A stretch of DNA of 64,000 bases from Selaginella moellendorffii (lineage: Eukaryota > Plantae > Lycopodiophyta), in contig NW_003314282.1 of assembly GCF_000143415.4 (NCBI RefSeq), positions 2,003,374-2,067,373 on the forward strand. The letters are read 5' to 3'. The notes below the pieces were generated by a model. It made no database searches, had not been told where the DNA came from, and saw only the letters and a list, made by a program, of their open reading frames with translations. Positions 26,048-37,600 of the stretch are shown here, one piece after another. The position numbers and the translations under genes are program-made. The first letter of the stretch is position 1. Every line of letters begins with the position of its first letter.

Positions 26048-29000
26048 ATGTCAAAGATGAGGGACGACGGAGGAGGATCTCCATCGCCACGGCAGCCCAG
26101 GCCGGGCAGCCGGCTTCATATGATGCTGTCGGGTGGATCCCCGCAGCTCAAGCAGCAGCAGCAGCAGCAGCAGCCACAGATGGTGCGGGGGCATCAGCAG
26201 CAGCAGCAGCATCAGCACCAGCACCAGAGGAAGGCTCCGGAGCCGCTACGACGAGCCGTCGCCGATTGTCTGTCAGCATCGCATCACGCCTCGCTCCCCC
26301 CGCTCACCTCCGAGCCCGTCCGAACGCTCCAGGTTGATTATGGTCTTTGATGATGCAATAAGCTTGTGTTGGTCACCACCAGGACTACCTCGCCAATCCC
26401 TCCACCATCCACTTCGCCTACATTGTCCTCTTGGAGCACGCACTCGCCGAGAGGGATCGGAGGTCTCTGTTTACTCACACACTGCTCTCAATACTTACTA
26501 GTTGGTGTGCTTTTGTTTTGTCCGCCAGCCCTCCAGTGGTGATCAAGTGTGTGGCGTTGCTCAAGCGATATCTCTTCAGGTAGACGCGCCCTCGTTGCTT
26601 GCTCTTTGCTTTTCTCACATTGCTTTCCAACACAGATATGTCCCTCCCATAACTACGCTCCAGCAAATTGATTCCTTCTGTGCGTCTCTCATCAACGAGT
26701 GTAATGCTGCGTCCGGGAAGCGAGCCGCCACCAGGGCCACGTCGTGCTCCCCTGGACCTTCGCCACTGCCGCCCCCCTCCACGCCGTCCGTCTTCGCGTC
26801 GGAACCTCTCCTCAAGTCACTTACGTACGTGCGTGCCGTCGTCGCGCGCCACCTTCCCGGGTTCTCCTTGCGCCAGCACTCGGCCTCGTCACCTTCTCTC
26901 AAGCTCCAGCCCGTTCCGCCCTCTCCGCGCAGCAGGCTGCTCACTGCGCACTTCCAGCCGCCTCTTACGGATGACAAGGAGTTCGCAAGGCCCATGCTCG
27001 CTCTAGCCACCATCCACGACGACAACGGCGTCTACATGGCCGCCGATGTGCTCAAGTGGCGTTGGATCCTGCCAAAGGGAAGCCAGCTCTGGATGCCTTC
27101 ACCGGTTATGACAGACAGGTAGGACTTCTCTACTCACTTGTGTGCTGGTACTCACCGCCGTGCATGGCAAAGGCAGCGGTGGCATTGCGAGGCCAAATGT
27201 GGATAATGTGGACAATCTGGAACAAGGCATTGGCGTTCTCTGGCTCAAGCGCACCACCACCACTGCTGGCAGCACTGAGGAATCTAGGCTCGACCAGCTT
27301 CTGCGTGCATCTACAGCAGCGGCCATAGGGGACTCGGCAGCAGTGAAGTCGCATCTGCGGGATGTTGCTGCTTCCAAGCGTCAGCCCGTTACTCGTTGGT
27401 ATGCTCGTCATTGCTTCACGTGATCATGCCTCTTACAGCTCATTCTCAGGGGTGGTGAACCTTTGACTACCATGCGGAAGCGTCCGCGTCCTCTCTTCCA
27501 GTACAGATGCTATAGGTAAATGCGAGTTAAATGTTGAGCGTCTTCCGAAAGTGTTTTCCTGGTGACCTGCCCGGCTGATAGTAAACAGCAACCTTTGCGC
27601 TTGAGCGATGCTGATATCGAGGAAGTTATTGCTGCGGTTTGCGCTGAAGCAAGTAGCCCCACTTTGGCCTTAGCTCCGTCCCTGCCAAGCAGCCGGAGTG
27701 GCGATACAGCAAATGTTGCAGGGAGCGTTCTGATCAAGCTTATAATTGACATGTGAGTGGTGGTGTACTCCCGCTTGCCCCATAGACCAATATTTTGTGC
27801 CGTGCAGGTATCTTGCCGATGCTAGGACGGCGGCGCCTTTGACGCTTTCAGTTCTCCAAGTATCTCTCTTCTTACCATTAGATTGCCTCCTTCCTTATTT
27901 TACTTTTTGCTGTGTTTTCTCAGGTGATGCTAAGTTCGGGTCCTGTGACTGTTCGGGTTCGTGCTTTCGACCTTGTATTTAACCTGGGAGTCCATGCGCA
28001 CCTTCTTGAACCAGTGCAAAGTGATGACCAAGACGGTTTTCCGACAGGGACAACGGAGGATGTTAAGCACGGAAGACCTCGTGGCGTAGAGGAATTCGAG
28101 GCGTGGCTCCTTATCATTCTCTGCGAGATGATGCTCTTCCTACTCCAGGTAAACTTTATCCTCTCTATTTTTCTCATTCTGTTCTGTCAGCTGGAAGAAA
28201 AAGAAGAATCTATTTGGGCTGCCTCTATGAGCGCTCTGTTGTATTTGGTTTGCGACCGGGGCCGTATCAGAAGAGAGCGGCTGGAGAACCTGGATATCCG
28301 GGTAATATTATCTGGTTTGTACTGGTGCTCTAACTGGCTTGTTACCATTTCAGATCCTGAGGACTTTGCTGGAAATCAGCCGAGACAATGCGTGGGCCGA
28401 AGAAATTCATTGTCGACTGATCTGCATGCTGTGCAATATGCTGTACGTTGCGGAACCTACAGATAGCTCTCAAGATGGGAATGCAGTCTTTGATATTAAC
28501 AGGCTGGAAGCCATTGGTGGCGTCGAACTGATTTGCAAAGAGGTAAAATTCTGAACACGTGAATATTGACCGCTTACTTGTTCTGTTTGTGTGTATGTAG
28601 TATTCGTTAGTGAGTAGCCCCGCTGCCAAGAGAAACCTCTTTGCCATCATTTTTGAGTATCTATTATGTGAGCTGCGCAGCAAGGCTGACGTTTCGGGAA
28701 AGAAATTTCCCAGTCAGGATGAAGTGCAGGCAATTGCGACGGCTCTTGTTCTTGCCGGTGCGCCGGATTCGCTGAGCATTGCGTTCAGGCAACGAGTAAA
28801 CGGCGTCGGCGGACGATTGTGTAAATCTATCGTAAAGGCACTAGACAGGGATCTAGCCAACGGACGGCTTAATGCGACGGTATTTTAGTGCCAATTCCTT
28901 GTTCTTCTTAATTTGCCTCGTGCTTATCACGCAGGTCTTGGAACAAGTAGCGAAATCAATCGACACTTTAGTTGACAAATATGGTACTTTGGACGGAGAG

Positions 29001-30340
29001 TTCGGGGAGATGGTGTCCCTTGTCCTCGCTGACGAGTCACGTGAGGATGGCCCTCCTGTTTCTTATCTGGAAGCAAGAGCCTGGGCCATCCTGCATGCGT
29101 TGCTCCATTCCTCGCGATCCGATTACCGCCACCACGGTTACTCGTGGCTCAACCAGCTCCTCGTAACAGAAGTGGAATGCTTGCATGGACGGAAAGACGC
29201 TTCCCACAGCAACTGCATGCTCACAATTCTGGAGCAGGCGAAGGTTGATCCCCCTGAGAGCAAAACGTCAGCGGCCCATCTACTCTTTGGACTGTTGAAA
29301 TCAAGGAGGCATTATGTCAGGCAAGGCTTTCTGATCGTATTGGAGCACTTCCTGTCGCAGTGCCAGAGACGGGGGCGTGCAGACGACACTGAAAGTTTTC
29401 CCGACAGCCTTCCCAGTACCTTGGTGTGGCTCATGAGTAGCTCCCTTTGGCAGTTTATCACTGCAAACGACACAAACCGTATTAACGTTTTACAGGTAGA
29501 GTTCGTGATAGCTCACGTCTTTTGTTCTCACCCTCTTGTAATTTACAGATGTGCAACCTGCTGCTCTCCCAAATATGCGTCAGGTCGGGGCCGTCTGCGG
29601 GGAAACACGACGACGACGACAAGAAAGAGCACAACGAGAGCGTCAGGGATACAGTGGTGGTTAGCTCGATAGCATCTCTATTTCTGAGGGATGAAGCTGC
29701 GGCACCTGAGCACCTACTGACCAAGATGCCAACGGCCCTGTTTTACTGGCCTCTGATGCAGCTGGCTGGAGCCACTGTGGACGACATGACTCTCGCCATC
29801 GCCGTTGGGAGTAAAGGCGGTGGAAACGTTCCCGGTTGTGCTTCGGATGTCCGAGCAGCACTTTTGTTGCTACTGGTTGGAAAATGCACGGTTGAGCAGG
29901 CTGCATTGGACGAAGTTGGTGGCGAGGAGTTTTTCAGGTAGCTTCATCGTGCTGCGCTTTGGTGCGTGAGCAGCTGACGTTGTCTCGGTTGGAAAACAGG
30001 TCGTTACTCGACGACAGGGACGCGCGCGTTGCCTACTTCACTGCTTCCTTTCTCATCAAGGCAAGTGCTTGCTGGCTGGGCTGATTATCCTCTGACTCGT
30101 TCTTTGCATGCAGAGGATGATGGTTGAGGATGCTGACAACTATCAACGCGTGCTGCACAACCTTGTTTTCAAAGCTCAGCAGGTCTGCCGTCGCAATCTC
30201 TGTAGATTATGTAAACTGGCTTCTTTTGTGATCAGAATAACGATGAGAAGCTACTGGAGAATCCTTATCTACAGCTTGGCGGCATCCTACAACTTGATCC
30301 CGATATAAAACCTCAAGCTTCGACGCATGACGACTCATAA
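26048..30340 (+). CDS. Large conserved plant protein of unknown function (At3g12590-like), many exons
   Basis: KAPEPLRRAVADCLS, LEHALAER.RSPPVV.KCVALLKRYL.RY, RPLFQYR.YS.QQPLRL, RVRAFDL..NLGVHAHLLEP, NRINVLQMC, YWPLMQLAGA, VGGEEFFR, KAQQ|NNDEKLLENPYLQ. N-terminal polyQ. TAA at 30338-30340. Confidence 0.85.
26152..26227 (+). repeat. CAG trinucleotide tracts encoding polyQ/QH
   Basis: (CAG)n runs in exon 1 of the At3g12590-like gene. Confidence 0.85.
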
Positions 30341-31643
30341 CCCCTCAAAAGTTTGCACTTGCGGAGGAACCTTGGGCGCCAGCCAGAGGGGCCAGTTCGA
30401 GCTGCTCCAAGACAAGCTCTCGTTTCTTGACAACCTTGATGGCATAGGCAGCAGTTTCGGGGATGGCAGGCACCTGTCATTCATTTTGGAAACGATTTTG
30501 ATTGCTGTTTTGACGACGCCAAACTCGAAGCGGACGAACCTGGGTGTTGTACGTGCACAGCTTATGAACGTGCAGCAGGCCCAGCGCCTGGCGATCCACA
30601 AGCGTTTGCTCCTCCTCTGCAGTGCAACATGGGTGATAAGGTTGTCCAAGTATGGAGCGGGAGTTTTACCGGGCAATGCTTTGACGGACAGAAGGATGTC
30701 AGCCAGGTGTTGCCAGCGCTTAGACGAGGAGGCAGCGAGAAGCGATGCTGGGAGCGTCACCAGGGCGACTGCATTGGCGTTGAGGAGCAAGGCCTTGAGG
30801 TAGAGCAGACTGGAGAGTAGCTCCCACTCCTGCAAACGTTATCAAACATACGCTTAGCCGCAACCAAACTCACCGAGCAAAATTCCATGCACTGAGGGGC
30901 GCAGATGGAGTGAAGTGCGATGCGACCAATCTCTCCACTGGATGCCAGGCTGCTCACAAACCCCCTGCACTGCTTGAGGAAAGAGTCCACCTTGGCCCCT
31001 GAGAAGCTATGGCACTGCACGCGACCTGGCGTGCACGACTTCCTCATGTCAAAACTAGACACATAGCCGTCCTGCCCCTGCTGGCTTTGGCCCAGATCAT
31101 ATTTGTGGTACTGCCAAGCGATCCTCAGCCCCGCCCTGGACAAGGGAAGTGAGGAAACAGGGACAAAAGGAGTTCTTACTCGTTGTGGAACTGGCCCGCG
31201 CTGGCGGAGGGAGCCGGGAGAGTGGAGAGGAAATGCGTGGGCGACGCAAGAGCGGTGGCCAAGAGGAGGGGCTGGCCGTGGCTGACGGCTTGGGCCATGA
31301 AGTAGCGCAACAACACCAGGTGGTGAGGAGCGTGTGTGTCTTCCATCACCACCACCAACTTGCCCATGCCAATGCCGCCACCTATAAGCTGTCAACAAGC
31401 GTGTCAAGGGAGACAAGGAGATACTTTCATGGATGGTGCGCGAGGGAGGATATTGTCCAGGTCCGCCACTCCTGTGGACACCAGCAGTGTGGCATTTGGC
31501 CCAGCCTTGGTGACTGCTGGGCGCGATGGCGGCGGCGGCGACGGCGATGGGGAAGACGACGATGGCGATGGCGGTGGCGATGGCGATGGCGATGGCGATG
31601 GCGGTGGCGGTGCCCCCACTCCTCGACGCCGCACGAAGCTCAT
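30335..31643 (-). CDS. ELP4: Elongator complex protein 4
   Basis: KAGPN..LLVSTGVADLDK(U12 splice)LIGGG...VVVMED..APHH.VLLRYFMAQ..HGQPL, LRIAWQY.KY, FDMRK, RIALHSICAPQC, RWQHLADILLSVKA. Confidence 0.9.
31545..31611. repeat. GGCGAT hexamer repeat encoding a (Pro-Ser)n tract in the ELP4 N-terminus
   Basis: Tandem ggcgat/ggcggt units that read PSPSPSPP on the minus strand. Confidence 0.8.
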
Positions 31644-31696
31644 GCCTTCTCACTTTCTAGGGCTTGGACATTTTGCCCTAGCTAGCCCCCGTAAAG

Positions 31697-34600
31697 ATGA
31701 AGAACAACAACGAGAGCACCAGTGGCATTGCAGGAGCGCGCACCTCGCATTTCACCATCAAATACAAGGCTTATGGGAATCAGCCGCCGCCTCCCAGCGT
31801 CAAGGTATTTTTCCCCGCGCACCTGTAACTTGTAACTTACGCTCCTCTCTTCTTCGTCTCCCCAGAAGCGCCCCAGCCAACACATTCGAGAAGCGCTGGA
31901 TCCGCCTCTTGCTCAGCGAGATGGAGTTATCCGTCCAAAGCCCTGCATTGTCAACAAGCACAACTTTGCCGAGCAGCGCCACCAAGTAAGCACCAGCGGG
32001 CGAATCCTTTTTCTTCAGTCTGGAAACTCTTGCTAGATCGTCTCCTCGATACCGGAAGACGAGCCACTGTTCCAGCCCTTCCCACCGGAGGTGGTTTTTA
32101 CTGGTTACCATGCCTTCAAGAAATATACCACTGTTCTTCAGCTGCGTAACAATGATAAGGTACTTACTTACACCCCGCTTTCTCTTCTTCTTACTGTTTT
32201 TTTTAATCAGGTGGTGCGAAGAGTCCAGTTGTTGTCCGAGGATCCCCTCCTGACAGTAGAGTTGCTGCAAAGTGGGGATCAGGCTGTCTACTCGGAGATT
32301 GGTTCCAGCAAAGTGGCGTGCGGGATGGAGGTATTCCACAAACTCTTCTCTTCGTCCTGCATCTTTCATTTCGTTGTTAAACAGGTCTCCTACACAATAG
32401 CTTTCGTCCCGGAAAGTGATGGGGACTACATGTCGGAGCTTCTGGCCGTGACTGACAGAGAGAAGTTTGTGATTCCTGTCAGATGCGTCGGCTTGAAACG
32501 TAAGGCATTCAATCAACTGGTCTTGCCTCTATTTTGTTTGTGTTCGCAGCCATGGTGGACGTTCCAGATGAGATCATTTTTCCTCCCACACCTGCAAAAT
32601 GTTCCTATAAAAAGGTTTGCTCCCACTTTCACGCGTAGATGCTCACAAGGAATCGTTTTTGAGTGTAGAACGTTATGATACATAATGTGGGAAAGAAGAA
32701 GGCTGTTTTCCGACTCAGGACAAGCGAGTTTTTCAGGGTCTCACCACCCACACATAACCTTGATCCGGGAGAATTCTTTCAGTGCTGCGTCTATTTTTTC
32801 CCTCGGCGAGTATGCACTTATGAAGGAGAGCTAGAAGTTACCTTCAAGGAGAATGGCGACCAGCTTGTCTCGCGGCTAATTGGAGCTGGCACGGAGGTCT
32901 GTTCTGTTCAATTTTCTAGTGGCCGCCGCGACTTACCGTGCTGTGTTTTGGGCAGTTAAACGTTGGCCTCTCCACAGGTGTGATCGCAGCATCTACGACG
33001 TATATCAGGCGAACTTCGCATGTCACTTTTCAAGTTTTCAACAACTCCTCTTCTCTCGCTTATTTCTTGTGGCCCAAGTACGTCCATTGTTTGAAAACAA
33101 CATTTATAAAGGTGATAAAGAGGGGCTTCGAGAGCTGCGGTCATCTATAATACTTTTCTCGTAGGTTTGCTTCTAAAGAAGAACTGGACGAATACGTTCA
33201 GCAGGTTGGAGACTATGCAAGGGATCTACCGCCACCAGATGCAGTTGTCACGTCGGAGGATGAGCTTCTGTCGTCCAGTATAGATAAGGTACCTTTACGC
33301 TTATGTCTTTGCACTAATTCTTACTGCATTCCTGTTTCAAGGCAGGCGTTTACCATAACACCAGCCAAAGGCGAAGTATGGCCTGGGACGCTTGTGGAGA
33401 TCACGGTGACCTTTTGTCCTCCGAAACCTCTACGGTGAATTGCAGCTAATCTGCAATGGCTTTATTTTACTCATGCCGATCTTGCAGGTACTTGAGCACA
33501 ACGTATTGCCTTATCTCAGGAAAATCAGATGCAGTACCGCTGCAGCTACAAGGGCTAGGCGTGGGTCCGCTCGCACAGTTTTCGCCCTGTGAGCTTGATC
33601 TGGGAGAGCTCTGTTTATATTCCGTCAACAAGTTCAGTGTTGCTCTTGAGAACCTTGGGGAGCTGGATGTAAGATCTTGTCTTTGTAACGCGAATTAAAG
33701 CTGATAAAATCACGTGCAGGCTCACTTTAGGCTGATGGAGGCACTGTCATCTCCTATGATAACCTTTACCTTTGAGCCCGATACCGGGACCGTTGAGCCT
33801 AATGACGTTTTGGCAATTACAGTCAAAGTTTGTGGCAGCCTCATGGGAACTTTCAGCGAAAAGTTTTTGTGGGAAGTTACAGACTCAATCCACACGCTGT
33901 CACTGGCATTCAGAGGAAGTATTATTCGGCCCTCATTTTCTGTCGACACGACTGAACTAGACTTCGGTCCTCTTTCGTACGGTTTGCTTTCCGTAAGGTA
34001 CGTTACTGTGACCAACAGCAGTCCGGTTTCTTTACCTTTCCAGTTCCGGGTTCTACAACCTGAGAGTGGGTCACAAGAGTTCACAGTGACGCCATGTTAT
34101 TTTATACTGGGGCCTGAGGTGTGCATTTTTATTTACTTTCTTCTTTTGTTACTGTTCTTTTCTTCGTGCAGGAAAAGAAAATCGTTTCTATTGAATTGGT
34201 TCCATGGGAGGAGAGAAGATATGCCACGGTGATAAGCCTAGATATACCCAAAGTTGGCAAAGATTTTGCAACGATTCCTGTGCAAGCAAGATGTTTAGCT
34301 CCAACGGTGAGAAGTCTGCGTCTTGTCATGTTTTGACAAGCTCGCCGCAGGTCACTATATCATGCGATTGCTTGGATTATGGAACGTGCTTTCTGCGTTA
34401 TGGCTACACCAAAACATTGAGCTTGATAAACGATTCCCTGGTGCCCGCGAGATATGAAATCCAAGCACAAGAAAAGGAAACGGAGAATCTTGCTATCTTG
34501 CGGCTGAAAGCTGAGAGTGGTTTTATAGAGCCTGGCTCGAGCTTACCGCTGGAGTTTACACTATCAACTGTGGCTCTTGGTGACGTTAGTCTTTCTGCAA

Positions 34601-37600
34601 TCGTCAGCATATCCGGGAAAGAGTATACTCATTATCTAATCAAAGTCCTGGCAACCTCGGTTGGGCCCATAATTAAGATTGAAAAACCAATTAGCAAAAA
34701 GCTCCATTCAGCACGGCAGCAGACAGAAGAGGCAGATACCGAGTGGGTACCTGCTCTTGATTTTGGGAAGGTTCAGGTTCTCAGAGATCACCATCTCAGT
34801 GTGGTCTTAAGAAATGCGTGTTGTATTCGTGCACCGCTCAAGATTTCTCTTGGGAAAAAGGATTCCATGTACCACTTGAATCTGAGCGACGTGCCTCTGG
34901 ACCCTTTTGAAGCTGTGGAGTTGAAGGTAACTTGTTGCATATGACATTTCTACTACTTAATCCCCTATGACAGGTTCGGGCCTATATGGATGATGCAGGC
35001 AAATTCAATGACAAGGTGACAATACTTTTCGAAGGTGGCGAGTTGTTCATTCCGCTGTCGGCTGTAGGAGTTGGCTCGACTTTAGTTTGCAAAGAGTTTC
35101 AAGAAGGTTTTGTTCACTTTGGTGATCAATTCACGCTACGGCATTTCTCCTACACCATTGAGGTACAAAACATGGGCAGAAAGCCACAGACGCTGGCTTG
35201 GGATAACGACACCACCAGGAAGCAAAGGGCTATCAACAAATCCTTGGCAATGGAGGCAGCTGACCAGAAAAAATCGGGCAACAAAAAGGCCGCTCTGGTC
35301 GTCCCAGAACCTGTACCCGTCTTTACGATCACACCCGACAAGACAGTCATCAAGCAATACTCGCCGTTCTCGCTCACTGTCTCAGGATACACCACAAATC
35401 CAGGCCATATCCAAGAGGACTTTACGTGCAAAGTCACCAGCGCAAAAGACATGTACTACCTCAAGATTTCGGTGGATGCGGACATGGCCGCATTGACACT
35501 CGTATTTTCTGAGACTACGCTGACTTTTGTTCAGAACAATGGTTGGGGAAAGGACGGTCCTCACGAGCTCAGCAGGACCTTGACTTGTGAGAACGTTTCC
35601 AAGTTGCCTCTTACGTTCTCCCTAGCAGTAAAGCCTCCTTTTTCAATCAACCAGGCGGAATGGACTCTACGAGCGGGTGGCTCCGGCAGTGTTGTGGTCT
35701 CACTTGAGAAGCAAGACATTGCAGAAAGGCACAGCACTGTGCTTTATGGTAAATTGGATATCCTCTACACGGGTACCTTGGAAAGGAACGGTATCGATTT
35801 GATAGCACATATCAACTATCCCAACCTCTCTGTGAACCAGAGCAGTCTGGATTTCGGGTAAGCATTATTGCTCTTCCACTGTTCGATTAAACATGTGCTG
35901 TCCGCTAGGTGCATCTTGGAGTTAACATACACGAGGATGCACATTGAGCTCAAAAACTCGAGCGCCCTTGACGTGTGGTACAGCTGGATGCTTGATGACG
36001 GGTATGGTGACGGTATTCATGTCTCTCAAAATATACTCCAGGATAGCGGGGGCCTCAAAATTCCTACAAATTACATTTTTGATATTCTTCCTGTGAGAGG
36101 GTACCTTGAACCAGGGGAGCAAGAAACAGTGGAGGTGTCTTACTATGGGCATTGTGGATATCAATGTCAAGTGTCGGCTATATGCGAGGTATTTTTCCAT
36201 GGGCTGCAACGTTTTGCTGACGTGAGTTGAGTCCAGGTGAAAGGCGGCCCGGACTACATTGTCGCATTAAGCGCCGAGTCAGGAACCATCGCGCATGCTC
36301 TCAGTCGCGTGGCTCTAGATTATAATGTCCAGCCTTTCAATAAGGCCTCAACCAAAGAGTTTACGTTATCAAATCCAGGGAAGGTACCATTTAAGTTTGC
36401 GATCGATTTGGGCGTTTTGAAAGGGGATGTTCTAAGAGAAGTGACTCCCATGACTGGCCTGTTGGGACCAGGTACAAAGCAGAAGTTTGCTGCATCTGTT
36501 TATCCTGGACTTCCTGAAAAGTTTATGGACAGTTTCACCATTCAGGTCTGTATCTTTTTGCTGAGCTTCATGCAGCTAAACATGCTTGACAGGTTGCACA
36601 TTTCGTACCCACTACTATATCTATTCTAGGCTCTGGCGCCTTTCCTCATATCCTTCTGGATACAACCCGCGTTAGAAGCCACAAATATTTGAGCTTGGCA
36701 GCGGAAGCGTTTCATAATGCGTATATGGCCATGAAGACTACTCCAGTAGTTTCTGCCCGTTCCAATTCGGTCAGAATGTCTACAACCGCTATAAATGACC
36801 AGCAAGGACCACCTCTAGTGGAAGCTGAACATCCTGGAGGCGAGCAAGTGTCAGTCGTGAGGGAAGTCGGTACAGCTCCGACTACGACGGGAACTGTAGG
36901 AGACGAATGGGTGCTGGAAACAGTAAGTTTCAAACAATTAAGTTGTTGCTTTGTTTTTTATTTTCCTCCTTTCCGTTACAGACAGGAAACGAGGTGCTGT
37001 CTTTTGGATCGGAGGTTTTACGTGCACCTTCAATCGACCAAGTGGATTCTGAGATTGACCGTCTTCTTTTCAAGGAACACCTCATTCATGAAAACAAAGA
37101 GACTCTGGATATAAATAAGTTTGTCTTGAACACGCATATTTGCGACTTCGAGAACGTGACACTTGGTGAAACAACGCAGAAGACTGTGAAGGTTACAAAT
37201 GACGGGCCTTTGCCAGTGACGTTCAAAATAAACATGGCAACTGTCAAAGCCAAAGGCATCACGTTGGATCCCGATCGCCTGATAACGCTACCCCCGGACT
37301 CTCCAAAGAGTTCAATGGATTTGGTCTTCAAAATGCGAACGGACTTGCCTAGATTTCCAGCTGGCCCACTTGAGTGCTCCGTGCCACTTTTCATTAAAGA
37401 GGTAAGCCATCCTGGGTCACCGAGAGTGTCATGGCTCTTGTCAAACGTGCAGGGCCCTCAACTGGTGTTGGCATTCACGGCGCATGTAAGCAAACCTGTT
37501 CTGGAGGTATCCCATGAACACCTTGACTTCGGCGCGGTTCAGTTTGGCCAGTGTAAAGTAAGCACGGATCACTTATCTTCTAAGCTGACGAACTTGTGAC

